NCBI RefSeq assembly: GCF_006345805.1
Contig: NC_043005.1
Span: forward strand, 80,104,001 to 80,168,000
Reading direction: 5' to 3'
Source of the DNA: Octopus sinensis
Taxonomy: Eukaryota
DNA: 64,000 nt
Shown: positions 38,990 through 52,228 of the stretch, one piece after another
Position numbering within the stretch: the first letter of the stretch is position 1
Layout: each line of letters begins with the position of its first letter
The notes under the pieces: generated by a model
Seen by the model: the letters and a program-made list of their open reading frames with translations, nothing else
Told to the model about the DNA's origin: nothing
Database searches by the model: none
Program-made: the position numbers and the translations under genes

Positions 38990-39530
38990 GGATCACTTGT
39001 CTCTTGAAGACCAACCTCGTCCAGGGCCACTGTTGACCTCCCGAACGAATGAAAACATCATGAAAATTCCTGAACCGATGTTGGTGGACCGTCGCCGAAG
39101 AATTAACGAACTTGTTGATATGGACGTTGTGTTCTGGAGATCCTCCAACGAATTTCGAGCGAGGAATTGCAAATGAAAATAGTGACAGAAAAATTTGTGC
39201 CTAACCTTCCCATGGAAGATCAAAATCAGTCACGACTGAATGCGTGTTGTGAAATGAAAACACAGCTGGAAATTGATCCGAGCTTTTTTTCTTTTTGCGA
39301 AGGTCATCACTGGTGACAAAAGCTAGTGCTACGGCTACGACCCAGAAACGAAGCAGCAGTCAATGGAAGCATTCGATGTCACCACGTCCTCCCAAAACTG
39401 CATCAAGTGAAGTCCAGTGTCAAGACAATGTTGATTTTTTTCACCAATGCGTTAGTGATTATCCACATAATATTTGTTCCTCCTATTCAAACTGTTAACC
39501 AGACATATTGATAGCAATATTTTAGAAACA
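38990..39530 (+). pseudogene. Degenerate mariner transposase fragment, interrupted by a SINE
   Basis: SLEDQPRPG...VDRRRRINEL; KFVP; KVITGDKS*CYGYDPETKQQ; VKSSVKTMLIFF...FVPPIQTVNQ. Confidence 0.85.
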
Positions 39531-39745
39531 GGCGGCGAGCTGACAGAAACGTTAGCACGCCAAGCGAAATACTTAGCGGTATTTCGTCTGTCTTTACGTT
39601 CTGAGTTCAAATTCCGCCAAGGTTGACTTTGCCTGTCATCCTTTCGGGGTCGATAAATTAAGTACCAGTTGCATACTGGGGTCAATTGAATTGACTGGCC
39701 CCTTCCCCAAAAAGTATTTCGGGTCTTGTGCCTGGAGAAGAAAAG
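39531..39745 (+). mobile_element. SINE family 3 with a 15-bp target-site duplication
   Basis: aatattttagaaaca at 39516-39530 and at 39746-39760. Confidence 0.92.
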
Positions 39746-40757
39746 AATATTTTAGAAACATGCTAGTGTTGTGTGAGGCTGGCCAATAAGAGAATAGGGT
39801 GTGTAATATCGCAATCCTGTTGAGTTCTAAATCCCTATCAGGTACGGAAAGGATTCAGTTAATGTGCTAGTATGTCATAAAATAGGGTCCCAACAAAATA
39901 GGATATGCATGGGATCAGAGGACATGGATTGTGTAGGATGCCCATTAGTTCCAACCAGTTGACTATACAGGATACATATTTGTCATATGCACGGCGGACC
40001 TTTATAGGACTCAAAGACAGAAATCTGGCTATTTGAATTTGAATGCAATTACAAAGATTGGGTTTGCATTTTAGTTAAGCAGCAGTAGAAGAGGCAATCA
40101 TTAACAACCTGTGCTGATTCACTGTAATGAGCGCGATCAGAGGGAATTCAATAAGTTTTATTAAAAATATAAAGACAAGGGAACATAGAAAAGCGGAGGA
40201 GTAAGTACGTAAATTTCATGAGGTCATTAAGTGGGACACCATGACTTAAAATGCCAGCGATGAGAATAGTACTCGATAATTTTCTTCAGCACGGAGTATG
40301 AAGGTCGTGTAGTCTAAGCTAACACGCAAGCTCTATTCACAATAAGCAAAAAGGGTTCCATGGATCTAGTTGAGGGCAAATGAAAAAGCGGAAACTTTCG
40401 CAATATTGAACTAATTTAATAATCATAAACTTTAACTCTTGTGACACATCCTAGAATAGACATTAAACCAGGTTTTGGTGCTGTCCTAGATCAATTTTGA
40501 TCAATCGAAAACTTTTGCTAGTGTTGACTATCGTTACCTGGTTGCTGCCCTCACGACACTCGGTTTTGTTCCATATTTCAAAGACTTTTATTTGAGTCTA
40601 TCTGAGAAGCACTCAGCACGACGAAATCGTTCTGTGCAGACTACTTTACTGTCTGAGTATTGCTGGTTTGTGGAGATACGTCAAATAACTTTGGTCATTC
40701 GTATTCTATATTTGGCTATCGGGCTCGGCTATCGTAAAATTCGCTTCACTGTCTTAC

Positions 40758-40918
40758 CCTGGACGTGAAGATTTCCTTAGTCTGATGGTTATACCCAAAG
40801 AGGTTATATGGTGAATGAGTTCGAAAATCCTGGATGCAGACGTATCTTCGTCCAATCCATTATCAGCTTCCCTAGTTTCACGTGGAGAAAAATATGAAAG
40901 TGAAAAATTATCTGCTGC
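40758..40918 (-). CDS. Candidate 161-nt internal exon (AADNFSLSYFSPRETREADNGLDEDTSASRIFELIHHITSLGITIRLRKSSRP)
   Basis: Acceptor 'atttatattgactgtag|', donor 'ccagg|gtaaga'. The frame is open exactly between the two sites and closed just outside both. Confidence 0.3.
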
Positions 40919-41014
40919 CTACAGTCAATATAAATTTGATGGCTGAGTGTGGTTATTATTGCATGTGAAAAGAGAATTGTCCAAAGCACTTGCTTGTAGG
41001 TTACATAATAAAAC

Positions 41015-41048
<34 letters not shown>

Positions 41049-42197
41049 TAGAGAGCAAGAAAAGAAGAAAGAGAGGGAGGGAGAGGGTGCATTTACACGA
41101 AGTGTTCAGGTAAATCTAGGATGTTTGTGGTTTCCCGATTGAACCTAGACAGCGTTTTACATGATAGCGTTTCTTTTGGTTCCTCTCGTTATTTTCCTGT
41201 TTACACACATTGATGAAAGTCCTCATCGAATCGTGTCCTTTACATTCTATTAAATGGTTTTTAAGCCTTTATGACAAGAAAGAAAATATACATTTACAGT
41301 GGAACGGCTGAAACATTAGACCGTTGGTAAAAAATAACATGGAGAATTTATCACAAATCTTCATGTAATTTTATTCCCCTGGGCCGATAATGAACCTTTA
41401 TTTAGTGCATTCAAAAGCTGTGCATAGAAAGTGCACAATATTATAAAACATTTCACAGTAGAATCGAATTGCTCATACATAGTTCTCCACTTACAGACGA
41501 AATATTTTGAAGGTATTGTAAATAAAAGGTGTGAACACTATAAGCAAACTTTAGTTCATACACACACATATATGGATTCTTCTGTCGGGTTCTAACTATG
41601 AAGGTCTAACAACAAATATCAGTTAGATTCCCTGCAAAGAGGATTGGTTTCTAGTGGTGAAGGTTTGCTTTGGACCAGACACAACTTTCCGAAATTGACG
41701 TAACAGAAAGTTGGTGAAAATATTTGCTACAAATTCGATGAACAGAATGCTTCAAGCTTTTCTCAGAGTTCTCCATCTCGTGTAGAGTCCAATTCACCTT
41801 GGAAGTCTAAATCCTTACCTGGGTCCCAAACCTGATCTTTCAATGTCTTTGCGCAAACATCCTTTCAGACTGTCTTTTCCCGTGCAGGATCTCCTGAATA
41901 TGTATAAATACACATTACCTTCGAAACGCAGAGTAGATAAAACAGGGAACAACTGATAAAGGGAATGTTCTTTATGTTGCATACCTCGTTTATCTGTTTA
42001 TTTTTTTCGTTGTTCGAAAAAAGTTCATTTTCTCTGTTTTTGTTTTATATGTTCTCGTTTCTCATTCTGTCTACATTTTTTTGATGTCCTGCTCCCATAT
42101 ATGCATGTATATATACATATATATGTAGGTATGTACATATATGTATGTATATAGGCATATATTTATACATTATTTTTATACACACACACACACACAT

Positions 42198-42258
<61 letters not shown>

Positions 42259-42262
42259 ATAT

Positions 42263-42860
42263 ATTCAATAATGAGGGTGAATAAAATTATGGATATTAAT
42301 TTAATAATACCCTTATTTTAACACCAAGTGACCTAGCACAAAAGAACCTGGGATACAAATCATAGTATCCGTAAATATTAGAGAGCCAACTATGAGTATG
42401 TTGACTCTATGTGCTAGACAGAGACACACCGGTCAAAGTCGCCGTTATATTCCACATAGAAATAGCACCACAGTCAACGCTAGGGATTAAATTACAACTA
42501 ATAATGGATTAATGTTGTACATGTTCCTCATCAACAAAATGCAGATTCTCCTTACATAATGTCTATGATTCGTCAGCAACATTTGTCGATATATTGATCA
42601 GACATTACAAGCGACGATTCTCCCATGGTCTGACCAAATACATTCTGGTTGTATTTACAAAATTCCCGCCGAAAATAAATGCTAGGTGGGAGTGAAACCG
42701 CATGTAATATTTACTGCAGAATATCAAATCAATACATTCAATAATGAGGGTGAATAAAATTATGGATATTAATTTAATAATACCCTTATTTTAACACCAA
42801 GCGACCTAGCACAAAAGAGAGTCAACATACTCATAGTTGGCTCTCTAATATTTACGGATA
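42263..42860 (+). mobile_element. Penelope-type non-autonomous element: direct terminal repeats plus inverted tail
   Basis: 81-bp direct repeat (42263-42343 and 42737-42817, 1 mismatch), followed by a perfect 43-bp inverted copy (42818-42860) of 42366-42408. Confidence 0.75.
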
Positions 42861-42886
42861 TATATGTATATATATATGTATATATA

Positions 42887-42954
<68 letters not shown>

Positions 42955-43062
42955 GTATAATATATATATATATATAATATTTATATATATATATATATTA
43001 TCGCTATGGACTTCGTGTGGCAGTCATCTAAGAGTTGTTGTTCGTCATGATGCTGACATAAG

Positions 43063-43159
43063 TCCTTGTCTTTCCTGATGAGAAGGCGGCATAATGCACC
43101 CTTTATTCATCGGAATTGAGAATATGCAGTCTTCGAAAACATATGTCGAGAATAAAGGA
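43063..43159 (+). ncRNA. Type I hammerhead ribozyme, near-intact
   Basis: Core CTGATGA 43075-43081. Stem II gaaggc/gtcttc extended by gcata/tatgc. GAAA, then palindromic stem III acatatgt, then GTC site 43145-43147. Stem I tttc/gaga plus tcctt/aagga. One extra A in the GAAA run. Confidence 0.75.
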
Positions 43160-43287
43160 ATTTTGTTAAATCGTCGTTCGACTCCATTCTTTCATTTATA
43201 TATATATATATATATATATATCTATATATATATATATAGTATATGTATGTGTTCGTATATATATATTATATATATATAATATATATC

Positions 43288-43331
<44 letters not shown>

Positions 43332-43689
43332 GATAGATAGATAGATAGATAGATAGAGATAGATAGATCTAGATAGATAGATAGATAGATAGATATAGAT
43401 TTAAAATATATATAATATATATATATACACACATATAATGTATATAACACATTAAAGAAGGAAAAGGAACACACTTTACATAGTTTTAATATAATTTTTG
43501 ATATATCGTGCATTGTGTTTGTCGACCGGTTTCGCTTTCGCTATTCGTGACATAAAAATTTATTTAAATACGTATTTTCCTGGGAAGATTTTTTGCTCAA
43601 GCTGTGTGTGAAGTTTATGAATGAATGATTCAACAGGTAGAAAAAAATTAAGGGGTGGTAACTTGTTATAGTTATTATTGTGGGCAGGG

Positions 43690-44545
43690 GAGATATATGT
43701 AATAGTCCAATGGATTGAGATCTGGGGAATTAGGAGGCCAAATGTTAGAAGTTATGTGATCATGAATATTTTCAGCTCTCCATTCCTGGGTTGCTAGAGC
43801 TGTGCGTGATAGTGCAGTCTTACTGAAACACATATGGCCTTCCATTGCATACACCGTCTATCCGGGCTGAACAATTATTTCCAGGACCTTAATGTAGGCG
43901 ACAGAGTTAACTCTAAGATCATTATTGATAACCCCTAAATCGATGACAATTGCAGGAAAGTTTGTATGCATAGCACTTGGAGCTTTAAAAGGGACTGCAC
44001 TTAACTATCGGTAATTTCTTTTGTTAACTTTTTGATCCTGGTGAAAGTTATTCTCGTTTGAGAAAAACCAAATCAAATCTGCTGGATTTTTCAGTTTGTT
44101 TAAGAGCATTTTAGATCTGGTATTGTGATTTTCTTTTGCTTTTTCTGACAAATTGAACTTTCCTCATCATATAAAACATATGTCTGATGGCTTCATGGAC
44201 AACATGTTTGAGTGTTCTCTCTGACACATGGAGATCTTTTGCAATTGACCTCATGGATTTTCTGAGATTGTAACCAATGGTCTATTGAACTTGCCTTATA
44301 AATTCAAATGTTCTAATGATTTCAGAGCGTTTAGAATGCATTTCCATCTCCAGATTTGGCAATTTTAAAATCAAGATATTTCTAAATCGCTATACTCAGC
44401 CTTTATAACCACAATAACAGCATACCTTTTCATTTCATGAGTTAGCTGAGAGTCTGCCATAATTATTTTCGGAAACATGCAAAGTTAGCGAAAAATGCAG
44501 CAATGACCCTAAAAATGTACGTCCTCAAATACTTTACACACCCTG
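43690..44545 (-). mobile_element. Tc1/mariner DD37D (maT-like) transposon, degenerate, 3' end lost
   Basis: MKRYAVIV...KSMRSIAKDLHVSE; LLNKLKNP..IWFFSNENNFHQDQKVN; MHTNFPA; ENIHDHITSNIWPPNSPDLNPLDYY. 5' end cagggtgtgtaaagtatttgagga at 44545. Confidence 0.85.
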
Positions 44546-44813
44546 CATATATATATATGCTGTATATTATATATACATATGTATGCATGTGTATATATCT
44601 ATATCTATATCTTTAATCAATATCAATATATATATATAATATATATTATATATATAATATATATATATTGATATGATATAGATATAGATATAGATATATA
44701 CACATGCATACATATGTATATATATACAGCATATATATATATATGCAGGGTGCGTAAAGTATTTGAGGACGTACATTTTTAGGGTCATTGCTGCATTTTT
44801 CGCTAACTTTGCA
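44478..44813. repeat. 336-bp near-perfect palindrome including the transposon 5' end
   Basis: 44478-44545 recurs inverted at 44746-44813, and the TA-rich spacer is itself mirror-symmetric. Confidence 0.92.
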
Positions 44814-44884
44814 TATATATATATACATATGTGTATATATCAATGTATATATTTGTATATTTGCATTTATGTATATATGTATAT

Positions 44885-44887
44885 ACG

Positions 44888-44920
<33 letters not shown>

Positions 44921-45097
44921 ATATATGTATGTATGTGTATATATATGTTTATATGTATGTATATATGTGGATATATGTGTGTATTTATATGTATGTGTGT
45001 ATGTATGTATGTGTGCATGCATGTGCATATTTATATGTATGAAATATATTTGCGCCTTTGTATATATCTATCTTTAGGAATTAGATATGTATGTGCG

Positions 45098-45140
<43 letters not shown>

Positions 45141-46559
45141 GTGCGTGTGCGTGTGTGTCTGTGTGTACATACACATAAAGTGGGAAAAATATTTACACGT
45201 TGAGAACGCATTAACAACTGTTCGTCACGACGCTATCTAAGTATTTAATTAAATAGAAAAAAAAAGTGTAATTATTGAAAATCTATCGTACAACACGTTT
45301 TAATAGTAAAATTTCCTTTTAAGAGCTGGCGATAAAACATATAATATCGTTGCGATTTACGACTTTTCAGTTTTTTATTCCTCTCCAAATTATATTTTGT
45401 CGTTGACGCATTAAAACTGACATCTTATTCTCATGGCTTGATTGTTCAGCGACAACCTTGTTCTCGCTTTATTTAAGAGAGAGAAATATGGAGGAATATT
45501 AGGCTTGCGTTTTACATATGTTTATGTATGTGTAGATGTCTAATAAGCATACACCACTCTACTTCTTTATATATGAGCATGGGGGGAAGGAGAGATGCAT
45601 GTGTTTCTTCGTGCGCATGCTTGCATGTGCATAATTACTTATGTTGCTTATATTTAAATCTATCTCAGCATATATATATATATACACGCACACAAGCACA
45701 CAAACACATATATATACATACATATATTATATATATATATATATATGTATGTGTATATATGTATGTATGTGTATATATATGTTTATATGTATGTATATAT
45801 GTGGATATGTGTGTATTTATATGTATGTGTGTATGTATGTATGTGTGCATGCATGTGCATATTTATATGTATGAAATATATTTGCGCCTTGGTATATACT
45901 ATCTTTAGGAATTAGATATGTATGTGCGTTGTGTGTGTGTGGTGTGTGTGGGTGTGGTGTGTGTGTGTGTGTGCGTGTGTGGCGTGGTGTCTGTGTGTAC
46001 ATACCACATAAAGTGGGAAAAAAAATATTTACACGTTGAGAACGCATCATTAAACAACTGTTCGTCACGACGCTATCTAAGTATTTAATTAAATAGAAAA
46101 AAAAAGTGTAATTATTGAAAATCTATCGTACAACACGTTTTAATAGTAAAATTTCCTTTTAAGAGCTGGCGATAAAACATATAATATCGTTGCGATTACG
46201 ACTTTTCAGTTTTTTATTCCTCTCAAATTATATTTGTCGTTGACGCATTAAAACTGACATCTTATTCTCATGGCTTGATTGTTCAGCGACAACCTTGTTC
46301 TCGCTTTATTTAAGAGAGAGAATATGGAGGAATATTAGGCTTGCGTTTTACATATGTTTATGTATGTGTAGATGTCTAATAAGCATACACCACTCTACTT
46401 CTTTATATATGGCATGGGGGGAAGGAGAGATGCATGTGTTTCTTCGTGCGCATGCTTGCATGTGCATAATTACTTATGTTGCTTAATTTAAATCTATCTC
46501 AGCATATATATATATATACACGCACACAGCACACAAACCATATATATACATACATATAT

Positions 46560-46560
<1 letters not shown>
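44885..46560. repeat. ~840-bp tandem duplication (units ~44885-45720 and ~45720-46560)
   Basis: The unique cores (45175-45670 vs 46010-46500) differ almost only by small indels. Confidence 0.9.
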
Positions 46561-46611
<51 letters not shown>

Positions 46612-47111
46612 CACATATACTAACACATATATATACATATGTGTGTATATGCGTGTGTGTATCAGTATGTGTGCATATGCAGCGATTGTAAGTATATCTA
46701 CGTACTTTTACGTATATATACATACACACACACACGCACGCACACGCACACACACACATATATTTATATACATTTAAATACTGTCTCTTTCTCTGTGGGT
46801 GGGGGGATGTGTATGCATTTAAATATGCGGAAACAGATGGAGTAAGCCATGCAAGGACGAAATCAACACTTGATATAACGAATTACAGAGTTTCTACGTG
46901 TTTTAGGCATGCGTGCCTCTGTGTGTATTTAAAAAAGAAAGTGTCAAGCACCATCTTACTCAGAGCTTCATATCCACTAGGAAAAGATATCCTCATAGCA
47001 TCCCTTCCAGTATTTCCGGTATAAGACTCACACTGGCACCAAGATCATTACTTTTTTTATTTTTATAATACTTTGTATTTACATAATGAATCGAATACAT
47101 ACTCTTTACTC

Positions 47112-47516
47112 TTTACTCTTTTACTTGTTTCAGTCATTTGACTGCGGCCATGCTGGAGCACCGCCTTTTTAGTCGAGCAACTCGACCCCAGCACTTATTC
47201 TTTGTAAGCCCAGTACTTATTCTATCGGTCTCTTTTGCCGAACCGCTAAGTGACGGGGACGTAAACACACCAGCATCGGTTGTCAAGCAATGCTAGGGGG
47301 ACAAGCACAGACACACAAACACATACACACACATATATACATGTACATATATACGACAGGCTTCTTTCAGTTTCCGTCTACCAAATCCACTCACAAGGCA
47401 TTGGTCGGCCCGGGGCTATAGCAGAAGACACTTGCCCAAGATGCCACGCAGTGGAACTGAACCCGGAACCATGTGGCTGGTTAGCAAGCTACTTACCACG
47501 CAGCCACTCCTGCGCC
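47112..47516 (-). mobile_element. SINE family 2, best-preserved copy
   Basis: Complete head to tail on the minus strand. Confidence 0.92.
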
Positions 47517-48074
47517 ATATTAGGAAGGCAACTGAAATTTTATTATCAGAGACTAATATTTGCCATGAATATCTTGAAACTTATCAATGGTGTAACTGAA
47601 AGTATTTTGAATTTCACCTGAACGTTTTGGACAAAGTATCACCGAATCCCCTAAGGACAATTAAGTAAAAAAATAAATAAATAAATAAATAAAAAGGTAA
47701 AAACAGAGACGATTCGGCATCTGCCTTCTTTTGAAATCAGGAACGAATATCATCCGTACAAACGTGCGGTATTTAGAGTACCGAGTGCTTTCTGATCATC
47801 ATTAGTTCTGAAAATCGAATTATATCTCACAGTGACATCTCACGCAGCCATCATGAGCAGTGAGGGCGTACTACACAGAGAGTTCATCTGCCTATTATAC
47901 ACACACATAATCTGTCCGTGTGTCTCTTTGTATCTCCCACACACAGTCCTGTAAGAATAATTGCATATACACATACATACACACACTAATGTGTGCGTGT
48001 GTGTATATATATAAACAACTATATATACAATTATATATATGTATATATATGTATATATGTATATATGTATATAT

Positions 48075-48169
48075 GCGAGGCAACTTTGGTAAGTGATTTC
48101 TACTATAACCTCGGGCTGACGAAAGCCTTGTGAGTGGATTTGGCAGACGGAAACTGAAAGAAGCCCGTC

Positions 48170-48204
<35 letters not shown>

Positions 48205-48445
48205 TGTGTGTGTGTGCATGTATGCATATGTTTGTGTGTGTGTTTCTCCCTCCTAACATCGCTTGACAACCGATGGGGGTATGTTTACGTCCCCGTAACT
48301 TATTTACAAAATAAATCTTACAAATGAAACGATGGAATAAGTACTAGGCTTACAAAGAATAAAGCCTGAGGTAGATTCGTTCGAGTAAAGGTAGTGCTCC
48401 AGCATGGCCGCAGTCAAATGACTGAAACAATTAAAAGAATAAAAG
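48075..48445 (+). mobile_element. SINE family 2, head-truncated
   Basis: 'ctcgggctgacgaaagccttgtgagtggatttggcagacggaaactgaaagaagcccgtcgt' through the tail. Confidence 0.85.
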
Positions 48446-48487
48446 ATATATATACATATATACATAAGCATGTGTGTATATATATAT

Positions 48488-48518
<31 letters not shown>

Positions 48519-48734
48519 TATATGTGTGTGTGTGTGTATATATATATTTGTATATATACATATATATATGTCTATGTGTATATATATATATGTTTGTGTG
48601 TATATATATATGTGTCTGTATGTCTATATATACATGTATATATATAAATGTATATATATATAGATATATATATATATATATATGTCTATAAATACATGTA
48701 TATATAAGTATGTCTGTCTTTTATGTTTTATGTT

Positions 48735-49090
48735 TTAAACTCTTTCAATCATTAGACTGCAACCAAGGCACGGCACCGCCTTGAATTTTTAGTCAAATAA
48801 AATCAACCCCAGTACTTGTTTTTTTAAGACAGGAAATTATTCTATCGGTGTCTTTTGCCGAACCGCTATTTCTCTGTTACACAAATACACAAACAGCCCT
48901 TGTGAAACGTGAGTACGGGAGGTACTAAAACATACACAAAAACACACATATACGTCGAGCTTCTTTGATTTTCGCCGTACCAAATCGAATCACAAGGCTT
49001 TGGTCTGCCCGAGGCTTCAGTAAAAGATATTTGCCCAAAGTGCATTGCAGTGGGACTGAACCCGAACCCATCTGGTTTGGAATGAAGCTT
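48735..49090 (-). mobile_element. SINE family 2, diverged
   Basis: Reverse complement of the family consensus. Confidence 0.75.
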
Positions 49091-50061
49091 CTCGTTTGTA
49101 TGAGTGTGTGTGTTTTTTCTATGGCTATTGTATGTATAAGTTTACGTTAGTGCTTCTGTGTAAACGTGTGTTTGTCTGTTTGTGTGTGTGTGTGTGTGTG
49201 TTATATTAACACTCGACTATTTTCAAGTTTAAACATTTTTATTAAGGAACTTTTTTTCATATATATTAATCTCCTTTCCTCCATTTCCTGATGAATTCTT
49301 TTTGCTTGGTTTGGAACCTTTTGAGCTCCTAAATCCTATAATCTGTCATTACAAAAATTTCGCAATTAGGTTTTGAGAACAAGCTTTTGCGTAGTCTACG
49401 TCTACCTCTTTTGAAGAAAATCTTTCCAATGGACGTTACGAACGTTATTTGCAAACAAAATCCCTCACTCGCAAATTAAGACATCTGAAAAATTTCAATT
49501 ACGAAATTTGTCATATTTATAATTCGTTTGAGACTGAAACCCCTCCCTATTTACACACACACAAACACACTCACAGACATACACACGCGCGCGTCCATGC
49601 ACACACATACATATAAACACACACACACATACATACATACATACATACATACACACACACATACATACATAGATACATAGATACATACATACATACATAC
49701 ATACACGTAATAAAGAAATATATGCATGCATGTGTTTATATATATTAGGTAGGAGAGAAAGAACACAACAAGCAGAAATCAGCAAAACACAGCATATAAA
49801 AGAATACAGATACGAAAAAAAAAACAGGGCAAACACAAGATACATGGGTAATTCCCAGCCGCTTTCCCCCTCATTCGAAGTTCGGTAAGTTCTTCTAGAT
49901 TCGCGCACTTTTGTCTCTTTTATCACGCACACACTCTCACACACACACACACACATATATACATATATATAGATATATACATACATACATCATGTTGATT
50001 CGTTAGCTACTGCACGCATTTTTTTTCTCTCCTTCTTTCTGTGTTTTTCTCTCTCTGTGTA

Positions 50062-50099
50062 TCTTTCTGTTGAAGAGCGTAGGCTCGAAACGTTAAAGA
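50062..50099 (+). ncRNA. Minimal hammerhead-like motif (core CTGTTGA)
   Basis: tcttt-CTGTTGA-A-gagc-gtag-gctc-GAAAC-GTT-aaaga. All three stems pair. Confidence 0.6.
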
Positions 50100-50265
50100 C
50101 TTGTTTTATTTATATTTCCTGAGCGCCATACTAATACAATTGTTCGTTTGTTTTCCACCTGCCTCGTCTTTTGTTTATTTTCATAAAGCTTCCCCCTATA
50201 TATATATATAGATACATATATATATATACATATATTATATATATTAATATAATATATATGTGTAT

Positions 50266-50420
<155 letters not shown>

Positions 50421-50431
50421 GAACAAATATA

Positions 50432-50600
50432 CGAGGGTTTGCTGTAAAATTTCTGGTTTTGGGTAATCCTCTTACATTCACACACTCATTGCAGCGGGTC
50501 CACCAGTTTTTTTAATACCTAAACAAGGACTCGAAAGGTTGGCTTCCCACCAGGCCTTTCGCGATACCGTTAAAGCCAGGAACATCTGAGTAACCCCTCG
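50432..50600. mobile_element. Short mariner-derived MITE
   Basis: TA|cgaggg... ...ccctcg|TA termini with diverged internal TIR sequence. Confidence 0.65.
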
Positions 50601-50698
50601 TATATATATACATTTCACTATGAGAGATCGCTAGACACAACACATTCTTTATCAATCTTCTCTTCTTTATTTACTCTCCTCCTTTTCTTTCTGTGTTC

Positions 50699-50734
50699 CT
50701 TTCTGTAGAAGAGCGAAGGCTCGAAACGTTAAAG
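50699..50734 (+). ncRNA. Minimal hammerhead-like motif (core CTGTAGA)
   Basis: cttt-CTGTAGA-A-gagc-gaag-gctc-GAAAC-GTT-aaag. Same repeat family as 50062. Confidence 0.55.
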
Positions 50735-50858
50735 ACTTTTTCACTTCCCGACCGCTAATAGATCTGTTTGTTGTCTACACCACCTGTCTTCGTCTTTTGT
50801 TTTGTTTTGTGAATTCTACCTAACACATACACACACACACACACACACACGCACACAC

Positions 50859-50939
<81 letters not shown>

Positions 50940-51262
50940 CATATACAAGCTGGGACAAGAACGCAAAACAAGAAGACGATACAAAAAATACGGACGGGAC
51001 ATTCGAAGCCTTCAATCTTCAGACAAGAACCGGATCATCCTCGCAATTTCGGCTGATTATCTAGAGAATGCTCCAATCTGGCCAGCCCAAGGAAAAACTA
51101 AGCTAAACGCATTAGATTCCTTGGGAAATATATATATATATAATATATATATATATATATAATGCCTGTGTATATATATAATATATATATATTACACATG
51201 CATACACACACACTACATATGTGTGTGTACGTTTAAATAAAATACACATATGTTTATTATAG

Positions 51263-51305
<43 letters not shown>

Positions 51306-51534
51306 TTCTGATCGCGGTGCTCCAGCATGGCCACTGCCTTTGGACTGAAATGTATGAAACAATAAAAGAATATATCCATACACGCCTGCATAAACGCACA
51401 TACACATGCCTTTATTTTAGATTCATATTCTTCTGTACTGCATATATGGACCGCCAATGTACGTAATGGTTCTCTCATTTGGTGGTTGAATACAAATCTG
51501 TCCTCGGCGGAAATGAACTAACAACGCAATATGG

Positions 51535-52150
51535 CGGGGGAAATATTCGTTTCTACTCTAGGCACAAGGACCGAAATTTTTAGGGAGGGGGCCTGTCAAT
51601 TAAATCGATTCCAGTAGACAACTGGTACTTAATTTATAGGCGCTGAAAAAATGAAAGTGAAAGTCGACCTCGGCAGAATTTGAACTCAGAACGTAACGGC
51701 AAAAGAAATACTGCTAACCATTTCGCCGGGCGTGCTAACGATTCTTATTTCTTTATTGACCACAAGGGTCTAAACATAGAGGGGACAAACAAGGACGGAC
51801 AAGGGGAGTAAGTCGATTACATCGACACCAGTGCCTAACTGGTACTTAATTTATCGACCCCGAAAGGATGAAAGGCAAAGTCGACCTCGGTGGAATTTGA
51901 ATTCAGAACATAAAGACAGACGAAATGCCGCTGTGAATTTTAGCCGATGTGCTAACGATTCTGCCAGGACGCCGCTTTATAGACGGGAAAAAATGTTGGT
52001 TTTCAAATTTTGGCACGAGGCCATCAATTTCAGGGGATGCGGGTTAAGTAGATTACATCGATCCTACTACTCAACTGGTGCTTATTTTATCGACCCCGAA
52101 ATAATAAAATGCAAAGTCGATCTCGGCGGAATTTGAACTCAGAACATAAA
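51535..52150 (-). mobile_element. Cluster of three SINE family 3 copies
   Basis: 'aaagtcgacctcgg..gaatttgaactcagaac' occurs three times (~51660, ~51880, ~52115). Confidence 0.85.
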
Positions 52151-52228
52151 CACAAAAATTACTGCCACTGCTCACTGCAGTTTCTGCGATTGACTTCTGT
52201 CGCGTAACGACCAGGATTCACTTGTTAG

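Noticed and set aside
41819-41893. 75-nt minus-strand exon candidate (cag|...cag|gtaagg)
   Set aside because: It abuts a dispersed repeat and the peptide is unrecognisable, so a chance splice pair is likely.
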